From Thermoanaerobaculia bacterium (GTDB lineage: Bacteria; Acidobacteriota; Thermoanaerobaculia; Multivoradales; Multivoraceae), in NCBI GenBank assembly GCA_963664405.1, contig OY761158.1, forward strand, positions 1,856,001 through 1,920,000: a stretch of 64,000 bases of DNA, read 5' to 3'. Both the position numbers and the translations under genes were made by a program. Shown here piece by piece: positions 8,847 to 17,772 of this stretch (the stretch's first letter is position 1; each line of letters starts with the position of its first letter). The notes below the pieces were generated by a model that worked only from the letters and a program-made list of their open reading frames with translations, made no database searches and had not been told where the DNA came from.

Positions 8847-10832
8847 ATGACCCAACTAGACCAGCGTTTCCAAAGTTCGTGCTGCATAGCTCGAGGTCAT
8901 TCTGTTCGCTGGCTAGGCGCGCTGACGCAGGCATATCGGGCAGCCGCCATCGACTCGTATTCGCGGCCAATTCTCACCTCTGTAGGCCCCCTGCTCGCCC
9001 TGGTGCTCGGTGTGACGGCGCTGGCGTGCAGCTCCGGCGAGCCCACCGCTCCACCGGCGGAGACCAGCTCGAGCTCGGAGAGGCCGGCTCCGAATCCACT
9101 GCGCAGCGCCTACTTCGGCGACCTTCACGTGCACACTCGCTATTCGATGGACGCCTACATCTTCGATGTCAGGGCCTCGCCCGACGACGCCTATCGATTC
9201 GCCAAGGGCGAGCCTCTCGATCATGTCAGCGGCCATCGCATGCAGCTCCAGACTCCCTTCGATTTTCAGGCGGTCACCGACCACGGCATCCTGCTCGGCG
9301 CTCTGCCGGCAATGGATGACCCGGAGGACCCGCTCTACAACGAGCCTATCGCCAAGGAGCTGCGTGAGCTGGGGCCGGCGGAAGGGTTTCAGCGCGGCCG
9401 GGAAGCCTTTGAAGGCGGAGAGTTCGAGCAGATGGATTACTCCCATGCCACGCGCTCGGCCTGGCAGCGGATCATCGAGGCGGCCGAGCGTCATAACGAT
9501 CCCGGCCACTTCACCACCTTCGTCGCCTATGAGTACACCTCGACCGCCCCTGATCAGGGCAACCTCCACCGCAACGTGATCTTTCGCGGCAGCGAGGCAC
9601 CCGAAATGCCGCTCAGCTCCGCGGACTACCCCGACCCGGAGGATCTGTGGCGCTGGCTCGACGACCTACGAGCCCAGGGCATCGAAGCGTTGGCGATTCC
9701 ACACAACTCGAACGGCAGCAACGGCCAGATGTTCCGCCTCGAGACCCTGTCCGGCGAGCCTCTCGACGCCGACTATGCCGATCTGCGCATGCGCAACGAG
9801 CCTTTAGTCGAGGTCACCCAGGTCAAGGGTACGTCCGAGGTACACCCGCTGCTGTCCCCAAACGACGAGTGGGCTGACTTCGAGATCTTCCCCTACCGCA
9901 TCTCCACCCGGCTGGACAGCCAGCCGGCCGGCAGCTACGTCCGCGATGCCTACGTCAGCGGGTTGATCCTGGAGGAGACCAAGGGTTTCAATCCCTTCCG
10001 CTTCGGTCTCATCGGGTCGACCGACACCCACAACGCGGCAGGGACCCCGGACGAGTGGCACTTCCACAGCAAAGTCGGCGCCCGCGACGGTACCCCTCAG
10101 CGCCGCGGATCGGTGCCCCTGGACGAGCCCGGAGAGGACGGCGAGCCGGCCTACGTCGATGGCTATTTCCACCTCTGGGGCGCCGCCGGTGTCGCCGGCG
10201 TCTGGGCGGAGGAGAACACCCGCGAGTCGATCTACGATGCTTTCCGGCGCAAGGAGACCTTCGCCACGACCGGGCCTCGCATCCAAGTCCGATTCTTCGC
10301 CGGTTACGACCTCGCGGAGGATCTCGCCTCGGCTCCCGACAAGGTAGCCAGGGCCTACGAAGGTGGAATACCGATGGGGGCCGATCTGAGCGCCGATGGC
10401 GAGCGAGCGCCGCGTTTTCTGCTGTGGGCGATTCAGGACCCCAACAGCGCTCCGCTCCAACGTCTGCAGATCGTCAAGGGCTGGGTAGACGACGAGGGGG
10501 GCCACGATCAGGTTTTCGACGTCGCCTGCTCCGACGGCGCGCAGCCCGACCCGGAAACCCATCGCTGCGCCGACAACGGCGCTAGCGTGGATCTTTCTGA
10601 TTGCAGCTTCTCGCGTGATTCCGGCGCGGCGGAGCTGAGCGCGGTATGGAGTGACCCCGGCTTCGAGCCCGCCCAGCACGCCGTCTACTACCTGCGAGTG
10701 ATCGAGAACCCCACTTGCCGTTGGTCGACATGGGACGCCTTGAGGGCGGGTGTGGAGCCGCGCGCCGACTTACCTACGACCATCCAAGAGCGAGCCTGGT
10801 CGTCGCCGATCTGGTTCGTTCCCGGAGGCTGA
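8847..10832 (+). CDS. DUF3604 family lipoprotein (PHP-like metal-binding motifs)
   Basis: AGGGGG then ATG 8847; lipobox ALAC; YFGDLHVHTRYSMD, AVTDH, NLHRNVIF, IPHNSNGSNG, QERAWSSPIW. Confidence 0.88.
   Translation: MTQLDQRFQSSCCIARGHSVRWLGALTQAYRAAAIDSYSRPILTSVGPLLALVLGVTALACSSGEPTAPPAETSSSSERPAPNPLRSAYFGDLHVHTRYSMDAYIFDVRASPDDAYRFAKGEPLDHVSGHRMQLQTPFDFQAVTDHGILLGALPAMDDPEDPLYNEPIAKELRELGPAEGFQRGREAFEGGEFEQMDYSHATRSAWQRIIEAAERHNDPGHFTTFVAYEYTSTAPDQGNLHRNVIFRGSEAPEMPLSSADYPDPEDLWRWLDDLRAQGIEALAIPHNSNGSNGQMFRLETLSGEPLDADYADLRMRNEPLVEVTQVKGTSEVHPLLSPNDEWADFEIFPYRISTRLDSQPAGSYVRDAYVSGLILEETKGFNPFRFGLIGSTDTHNAAGTPDEWHFHSKVGARDGTPQRRGSVPLDEPGEDGEPAYVDGYFHLWGAAGVAGVWAEENTRESIYDAFRRKETFATTGPRIQVRFFAGYDLAEDLASAPDKVARAYEGGIPMGADLSADGERAPRFLLWAIQDPNSAPLQRLQIVKGWVDDEGGHDQVFDVACSDGAQPDPETHRCADNGASVDLSDCSFSRDSGAAELSAVWSDPGFEPAQHAVYYLRVIENPTCRWSTWDALRAGVEPRADLPTTIQERAWSSPIWFVPGG
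8856..8942 (+). repeat. 5' half of CTAG-bounded palindromic element, subfamily A, copy 4 (in frame within CDS)
   Basis: CTAGACCAGCGTTTCCAAAGTTCG through GCAGGCATATCGGGCA, after which homology stops. Confidence 0.88.
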
Positions 10833-10866
10833 GTAATCAGACTGGCAGCGCACGATCCGGAGGTCC

Positions 10867-10934
10867 GGATGCGCCGTCCTCGGCGCCATGTTGTCTAGCC
10901 GGAGGAAATGATAGCGATCATTTCAGGAGGCTAG
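10867..10934. repeat. REP-like double-hairpin repeat (family 2), locus 1
   Basis: TGCGCCGTCCTCGGCGCCA plus CTAGCCGGAGGAAATGATAGCGATCATTTCAGGAGGCTAG; recurs at 54330-54396 and 56797-56927. Confidence 0.8.
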
Positions 10935-11592
10935 AGCCGTCGGGACGTACCGAGTAGTTCAGCGCACTCGCAGCAACATAGGCTTCGCGGCTGCGAATGC
11001 GTTCTAGATACGCGGTCAGTGGCGCCGACAGGCTGAGCTCGTAGGAGAGGGCCCAGTCGAGACAACTCACGAGCAGGATGTCAGCACCGGTGAGAGTCTC
11101 TCCCACGAGAAAGGGTCGACCGTCACTGAGCGCCGCACTCGCTACGGCGATCTGTCGCTCGAAGCCGGCGAAAGCCTCTTTCACCGCATTCGGCGCCTCG
11201 CCATAAAGAGATGCCAGGTCTCGGTGCTTGCGTACGGCGTAGAGAGTGTGGGCGTCGAGCTCCATCATGACGAAGAAGCACCACTCGTTGTAGTGCGCTC
11301 TCTCGAGGGTGTCGAAGTCGGGCGTTAGGCCGCTACCCTTGCCGTAGGTATCGGCCAAATAGGTCACGATCGCAGCGCTCTCGGTGAGAACCAAGGCGCT
11401 GTCAAGCAGCACCGGAACCTTCTGTTTCGGGTTGAGACGAACGAACTCGTCGGTCTGGGTGTCGCCGCTACGTGAAGTGACCAGAAGACGCTTCTCGTAA
11501 TCCAGGCCGAGCTCGTGGAGCATCCAATGAGGGCGAAGGGTGCGAGTCGTACCCGCGCCGAGCAGAGTCAGAGGCATCTCGTCACTATACAT
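10918..11592 (-). CDS. Glutathione S-transferase family protein
   Basis: LNPKQKVPVL, LTESAAIVTYLAD, FLVGETLTGADI. Confidence 0.92.
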   Translation of the reverse strand: MYSDEMPLTLLGAGTTRTLRPHWMLHELGLDYEKRLLVTSRSGDTQTDEFVRLNPKQKVPVLLDSALVLTESAAIVTYLADTYGKGSGLTPDFDTLERAHYNEWCFFVMMELDAHTLYAVRKHRDLASLYGEAPNAVKEAFAGFERQIAVASAALSDGRPFLVGETLTGADILLVSCLDWALSYELSLSAPLTAYLERIRSREAYVAASALNYSVRPDGSSLLK

Positions 11593-12327
11593 AGCTGGTA
11601 GCCTACGCCTCGCTCGAGGAGGCTACGGCTCTCTGCACCGCAGCCGTTGAACCATAGCCGATGGAAAAACGTGCACCCACTCCCCTTCTGACCGAAGACG
11701 AGCACGATCCTGTGCACCTCGAACGTGAGCACGGAACGTCGCCGATCTTTCTCACCTGTGACCACCCTGGGCACCGTCTCCCACGCGAGCTCGGCGATCT
11801 CGGTCTGAGTCCCCTGGAGCTTCGCAGGCACATCGGTTGGGATATCGGGGCACTTGGTATCGCCACCCGCCTGTCGAAGGAGCTCGACGCCACCCTGGTA
11901 GCGCAGCTTTACTCCCGACTGGTCATCGACTGCAACCGCAGAGTCGACGTTCCGAGCTCAATCCCCACTCGCAGCGAGAACACCGTCGTGCCGGGGAACC
12001 TCGATCTCGACCCCGGTGCCAGAAAAGCGCGCGAGCGGGCGATTCATGCTCCTTACCACGATACCGTCTCACGACTTCTCGACACGCGGCGAGACCAGCA
12101 GAGGCCCACAGTGCTCATCGCCGTCCACAGCTTCACACCCATCTACGACGGCGTATCGCGACCCTGGCACATCACTTTCTCGACCGACGAAGAGCGTTCG
12201 GTGGTGGATCCGATGCTCGACTGGCTCAGAGCCGAGTCCGACCTCGTGGTCGGCGACGGCGAGCCCTTCACGGTCGAGGACGTGGACTACACCCTTCCCG
12301 TTCACGGTATTCGCAGAGGCATACCGC

Positions 12328-12404
12328 TTGGGTTCAAGGGGTCGTCGCAACGTTGCCTTGGTGAGCAGAGTGTACAAACTCATCGAAGACTTCGGCAGGG
12401 GTTC
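12328..12404 (-). mobile_element. IS30-family terminal fragment
   Basis: 77-bp copy of 12820-12896 with 3 substitutions, including the IR GGTTCAAGGGGTCGTCGCAAC. Confidence 0.85.
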
Positions 12405-12819
12405 TGAGCGGTCACGGTTTCGTGGACACCAAGTTAAGCCCCATCGGGGCAGTTCCTATTCTGCATCAGTTCGGGTAGTCAGCTTCGGACGAGGCTGTGC
12501 GAGGTTCGGGGAGCGCAGCCTCCCTTCGGATCCGACCGCCGGTCGCGCGTGAGTTCACGCTGCCCCTTCGAAGGCCTCGGGGCTCAGGAATCCGAGCGTC
12601 GAATGCTGGCGTCTCAGGTTGTAGAACACTTCGAGGTAAGAAACCGCTTCGTCGTGAGCTCGCTGACGAGTCTCGAAGGGTCGGTCCCAGACCTCGGTCT
12701 TGAGACTGTCGAAGAAGCTCTCCAAGACCGCATTGTCATAACAATTTCCGACGCCGGACATGCTGCAGCGAAACCGCAGCTCAGCCAGCCGATCCTGGTA
12801 AGCCTTCGAGGCGTACTGC
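12405..12819 (-). mobile_element. IS3-family remnant (3' half of integrase core plus right IR)
   Basis: QYAS..SMSGVGNCYDNAVLESFFDSLKTE..FYNLRRQHSTLGFLSP; terminus GTGTCCACGAAACCGTGACCGCTCA on the minus strand. Confidence 0.85.
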
Positions 12820-14270
12820 TTGGGTTCAAGGAGTCGTCGCAGCGTTGCCTTGGTGAGCAGAGTGTACAAGCTCATCGAAGACTTCGGCAGGGGTTCTCCA
12901 GCCGAGGGTCTTGCGGGGTCGGCCGTTGAGTGCGAGCGCGACCGCGGCGAGGTCGTCGCAGGAGTATCTGACAAGGTCGGTGCCCTTCGGGAAGTACTGG
13001 CGTAGTAGTCCGTTGGTGTTCTCGTTGGTGCCCCGCTGCCAGGGGCTGTGCGGGTCGCAGAAGTAGATCGCGAGGCCGGTATCGACGCGGAGTTGAGCGT
13101 GTTGAGCCATCTCGGCGCCCTGGTCCCAGGTCAAGGACCGGCGGAGCTGCTCGGGCAGCGTGGTGATTGACACCGCGATCGCGTCACGGACGGCTTCGGC
13201 GCCGTGCCCGGCGAGGGCCGGCCCGTTCTTCACCCTCGATTCGGTCCCGTGCCCTTCCATGCGGGGCAGGTGCAGCAGCATCGTGAACCGCGTAGTGCGT
13301 TCGACGAGGGTCCCGATCGCTGAGCTCTCGAGCCCGACGATCAGGTCGCCTTCCCAGTGACCCGGCACGGCCCTGTCGCCGGCTTCGGCGGGGCGTTCGC
13401 TGATCATGATCTCCGGAGTTACAAATTTCTTGCCTCTCCCCCGGGTTCGCGCATGCGGCACTCGTAGCGCTCGCCCGGTTCGCAGGCACGCGACGAGCTC
13501 GCGTTTGAGGGCTCCTCGACCTTGGATGTAGAGCGCTTGGTAGATCGCCTCGTGAGAGATCCGCATCGACTCATTATGGGGGAAATCAATCCGAAGCCGG
13601 TTCGAGATCTGCTCCGGACTCCAGGATTTCGCCCAACGCCGATCCTGGCGACGGCCGTGCCGACGGCCGATCCAACGCACATCCGGACCCGGCACCAGCT
13701 CCCCGTCAGGCCTTGCGATCACGCCGGCGAGGCGGTTCTGCACGTACTCACGCAAGGCATCGTTCGCGGCAAGCTTGGAGACCTTCGGACGGCTGGCGCG
13801 CCGCTCCGCGTGCCACTGCGCAGTCGTGGCCCGATAAGTTACGGCACGGCTGCGAGTCGCCGCGTTGCGGCGCAGCTCCCGCGAAATCGTCGACGGTGAA
13901 CGACCCAGGCGGCGAGCGATCTCACGTACCCCAACATGCTGAGCGTGAAGGATGGCGATCTCTTCACGCTCGGCGAACGACAGATAACGCCCCGACACCG
14001 GAGCCAACGAGATAGGTCGCATTCCACCAGCTTGCCTGAACCATCTCGACCCGACAGCCGGCGACACCCCAGCCTCTGTTGCGGCGTCCTCGCTGGACGC
14101 CCCACGAGCGATCGTCTCCCAGAACCGGATCCGGTCCTCGCGCCGCGCTGTCGAGGGCCGGCCAGGTGACCGCATCTGGCCACGCATCGCTCGAATCGCA
14201 CCCTGACACTTGCCAACTCCCATCGAAACACCTCCATCACGAGATGTTGCGACGACCAGTTGAATCCGCC
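12820..14270 (-). mobile_element. IS30-family insertion sequence
   Basis: IRs GGTTCAAGGAGTCGTCGCA / TGCGACGACCAGTTGAATCC flanking a transposase. Confidence 0.92.
12826..14223 (-). CDS. IS30-family transposase
   Basis: WSPEQI, ISHEAIY, PGHWEGDL, LTWDQGAEM, PWQRGTNENTNGLLRQYFPKGTDL. Confidence 0.95.
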   Translation of the reverse strand: MGVGKCQGAIRAMRGQMRSPGRPSTARREDRIRFWETIARGASSEDAATEAGVSPAVGSRWFRQAGGMRPISLAPVSGRYLSFAEREEIAILHAQHVGVREIARRLGRSPSTISRELRRNAATRSRAVTYRATTAQWHAERRASRPKVSKLAANDALREYVQNRLAGVIARPDGELVPGPDVRWIGRRHGRRQDRRWAKSWSPEQISNRLRIDFPHNESMRISHEAIYQALYIQGRGALKRELVACLRTGRALRVPHARTRGRGKKFVTPEIMISERPAEAGDRAVPGHWEGDLIVGLESSAIGTLVERTTRFTMLLHLPRMEGHGTESRVKNGPALAGHGAEAVRDAIAVSITTLPEQLRRSLTWDQGAEMAQHAQLRVDTGLAIYFCDPHSPWQRGTNENTNGLLRQYFPKGTDLVRYSCDDLAAVALALNGRPRKTLGWRTPAEVFDELVHSAHQGNAATTP

Positions 14271-14389
14271 CCGCGAGCCTTGATCGAAGTGCGACAAGAC
14301 CTGGTTGCGACCGAGCAGGGACAAGAAGAGTGGGCCGATCGCCTAGCCACTCTGCTCCGGCATGCCCTCGATCGGATTGGATCCGGCTG

Positions 14390-15604
14390 ATGAAAAGCGC
14401 CAGCTCACCGGTTCTCGCCGTCGCCGTTAGCGGTCTCCTTCAACTCGCCTTCGTCTCCTGCACCCCGCGCACCGCGTCCGGCCCGGCAACGACAGATGAG
14501 CTGGAAGCGAATGAGGCGGACTTGCAAAGACTACGGGCGCTCCCCTACGTCGCCTGGGACGAAGGAGCCGACCCCGAGCTGCGCGGGGTGCTCTCTTGGG
14601 ACGAGAGCCGGGCCTGGTCCGGATACAACCTCTACACCAACGACGTCGACGAGGCGTACCTCATGGACATGAGTGGGCGACGGGTGCATCGCTGGAAGCT
14701 GCCGCGGACTCGAAATGGCCACTGCGAGCACGTCGAGCTGTTGGAGGACGGCGAGATCCTTGCTGTCTGCGTCAACGATGGGGCCTTTCACCTCGACTGG
14801 GCCTCTCGCGTGCTGGCAGAAACCACGATCGGGGTGCACCACGACGCCGCTGTCATGCCCGACGGCAGGCGTGTAATTCCATTTCACGACGGCAGATACA
14901 TCCATCGACGTCGCCTGGTCTGGTTCGACGGTCTCGCCTCGCTGAACAGCGACCTCGAGCTGGTCGACCGCTGGTCGAGCTTCGAGCGACTCGACGACCT
15001 CACTCCCCATCACCCACGATCTCCACTCGAGAAGCCGGGGTCCTGGAGCCGTCTGTTGTCGAACACCAGTGACTACTACCACCTCAACTCGGTCGAGTCG
15101 CTGCCGGCCACAGATCTCGGTGCACGAGACCCGCGCTTTCGCCCCGGACAGCTGATGCTCTGCTTTCGCAACACCGACCTCGTAGTAATCCTCGATCAGG
15201 ACAGTCACGACGTGGTGTGGAGCTGGGGTCCTGGCGAGCTTGATGGGCCGCATATGCCGACCCTACTCCCCAGCGGCAACATTCTCGTCTTCGACAACGG
15301 CACTCGGCGGCGCTACTCGAGAGTCGTCGAGATCGACCCCACAACCAAGGAGGTGCGCTGGGAATACGAGGGGGAGCCCCGCGATTCGTTCTTCTCTGCG
15401 TGGCGCGGGTCGGCTCAGCGTTTGGTCAACGGCAACACACTCATCTGCGAAGCCGATAGAGGGCACGCCTTCGAAGTCACGCCAGAGGGCGAGACCGTAT
15501 GGGAGTTCTGGAATCCGGAGCTCGGCAAGAAGGGCCGTAAGCGCATCTACCGCATGACTCGTGTCGCGCCATACCGCCTGGGATCACGACTGCCTGCTAT
15601 TTGA
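14390..15604 (+). CDS. Arylsulfotransferase (ASST)-like beta-propeller lipoprotein
   Basis: Signal ending FVSC; LRALPY, HHD, YHLNS, ILVFDNG, SAQRLVNGNTLI; TGATG overlap with the upstream remnant. Confidence 0.8.
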   Translation: MKSASSPVLAVAVSGLLQLAFVSCTPRTASGPATTDELEANEADLQRLRALPYVAWDEGADPELRGVLSWDESRAWSGYNLYTNDVDEAYLMDMSGRRVHRWKLPRTRNGHCEHVELLEDGEILAVCVNDGAFHLDWASRVLAETTIGVHHDAAVMPDGRRVIPFHDGRYIHRRRLVWFDGLASLNSDLELVDRWSSFERLDDLTPHHPRSPLEKPGSWSRLLSNTSDYYHLNSVESLPATDLGARDPRFRPGQLMLCFRNTDLVVILDQDSHDVVWSWGPGELDGPHMPTLLPSGNILVFDNGTRRRYSRVVEIDPTTKEVRWEYEGEPRDSFFSAWRGSAQRLVNGNTLICEADRGHAFEVTPEGETVWEFWNPELGKKGRKRIYRMTRVAPYRLGSRLPAI

Positions 15605-15788
15605 TCTTCCACTTTCGTCGGTTTCGTTGGACCTCGTCGATAAACACGAGGACGATACCGACCACGACCGCAACCCCGCCACCAATAAAAACGTCGAAAG
15701 GAAGCTCGGGCAGCAGGCCCGGGGCCGAGATCTCGAACACGATGTAAAGCATGCCGGCAACGATTAGGATGGCGCCAAGGCCTCTCAT
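15597..15788 (-). CDS. Small two-TM membrane protein
   Basis: Two hydrophobic segments, basic tail, AAGGAG upstream. Confidence 0.55.
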   Translation of the reverse strand: MRGLGAILIVAGMLYIVFEISAPGLLPELPFDVFIGGGVAVVVGIVLVFIDEVQRNRRKWKIK

Positions 15789-15964
15789 TGGATTTATCGC
15801 TCCTTGGGGGAATGGTATCGCAAGGTGGGAGTGGCTATCTCGCGGGACCCAGCAGAACGCACTCCCGCCGAGTCAGGCGGCGGAGGAAAGGGGGTAAACA
15901 AGGCACGCCTGCGTTAGGCTAGGGCCACTAAGCGCGTTCTCTCTCAGAAACTTGAACGGACCGG

Positions 15965-17772
15965 ATGCGTCGATACCAACCCCTCCTCAAGTACATCGCC
16001 AAGCAGCGACTCTGGTTTGGCGGCGTAGCGCTGTTCACCGTTGCTTCGGCTGCAACCGCCGCCCTACAGCCCTTGCCGATGAAGCTCCTGGTGGACTACG
16101 CTCTCGGCAGCGCCGTGCTGCCAGCAAAGCCCCATGACTTCTTCGGCAGCACGGGACTGGATCCGACGAGCCCGGCCTTCCTTATTTTCCTCGCAGCCGC
16201 CGCCAGCCTCTGCATCTTTATCATCAACATCGCCCTGAGCGCGGGTCTCACACTGTCGTGGACGATGGCGGGCCAGCGCGCGGTTTACGACCTCGCAGCT
16301 GATGTCTTTGCTCGACTCGAGCGCTTGTCGCTGAGGTTCCACAGCCGCCACCAGGTGGGTGACTCGCTGAGTCGGCTGAGCGGCGATACGTGGGCTATCT
16401 ACTCGGTGGCCCGCGCGCTCATGACGCCGTTGAAGAGCCTGGTCACGCTGGCCATCATGGGTGCAGTAGGCTTCGCTCTCGATCCAGTCCTGGCTGCTCT
16501 TTGCCTACTGGTAGCGCCTTTCCTGGCGGCGTCGGCGCGCTTTTTCGGCAAGCGGCTGAAGCGTCGAGCGCGACAAAGTCGGGAAGCTAGCTCACGCATC
16601 GCCAGCCTCGTGCAGCAAACCCTGAGCTCGATGCCAGTCGTGCAAACCTTCGGCACCGAGGAGCGCAACCGGCAGCACTTCGAGGATCTAGCGGACGACG
16701 CCGTGGAGATCGCGCAGCGAGGGAGGCTCGTCAACAGCGCCTTCGGACTCGTGAACGGCTCGATCCTGACCACCGGAACGGCGCGCTCGTTCTCTTCGTC
16801 GGAGGAATGCGCGTGCTCGCCGGCGTAATCCCCCTGGGCACGCTGCTCGTCTTCATGCGATACGTGCGTAAGATGCAGAACGCCTCGGGCAGTCTGTTTA
16901 CGGTCTTCGCGAGGCTCAAGGCGGCGGAGGCGAGTATCGATCGATTGATGGAGGTGCTCGAGTCAGACGAGGAGATCACCGAGGATGCCGATGCTCGACC
17001 GTTGCCCGCCATTAGGGCGTCGAGCGGCCACGTCGTTCTGGAGGCTGTGACCTGCGGCTATGACCATGAATCGCCGGTTCTGGAGAACATCGACCTCGAG
17101 GCGCGACCCGGCGACGTCGTGGCCCTCGTCGGGGTCACCGGCGCCGGCAAGAGCACCCTCGTCTCGCTGATTCCACGCTTTATCGACCCCTGGCAGGGAA
17201 GGGTGTTGCTCGACGGCGTTGATGTGCGGCAGGCCACTCTGAAGAGTTTGCGTTCTCGAGTGTCGATCGTGCTCCAGGAGTCACTGCTGCCCCCATTGAC
17301 GGTGGCCGAGACCATCGCCTACGGTCGGCCGGAAGCCAGTCACGAGGACATCGTCGCGGCAGCAATTGCCGCCCGAGCCGACGACTTCGTGCGCAAGCTC
17401 CCTGATGGCTACGACTCGAGCGTAGGAGAGCGAGGCTCGAAGCTCTCGGGAGGGGAGCGCCAGCGGCTTGCCATCGCTCGGGCGTTGTTGCGAGACACGC
17501 CGGTTCTCATCCTCGACGAGCCCACATCGGCGCTCGACGTTCAAACCGAGGCAGAGCTGTTGGCGGCACTCGAGCGGTTGATGGAAGGGCGCACCACCTT
17601 CGTCATCGCCCATCGCCTGTCAACGGTGCGCCACGCCGATCGGATTGCCGTTCTCGATCACGGCCGCATCGTCGAGCTGGGCACCCACTCCGCCCTGCTG
17701 CAGCAAGAGGGGATCTACCACCGCTTACACGCAGCCCAAACCGGTGACGCCGCCAAGGAGCACGTCGCGTGA
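15965..17772 (+). pseudogene. MsbA-like ABC exporter (TMD+NBD) split by a 2-nt frameshift near 16780
   Basis: ORF 15965..16828 (TMD) and ORF 16807..17772 (GVTGAGKST, LSGGERQR, LDEPTSALD) join as TGTALVLFVGGMRVLAG if one CG is removed from ACGGCGCGCTC. Confidence 0.85.

Larger units (their letters stand above)
11661..14390 (+). pseudogene. N-formylglutamate amidohydrolase interrupted by an IS stack
   Basis: TCDH, HIGWDIGA, SRLVIDCNR, HSFTP; breaks after ..RRGIP at 12327 and resumes RALIEVRQDL..WADRLA after 14270; CCG(C) duplicated at both junctions. Confidence 0.9.
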
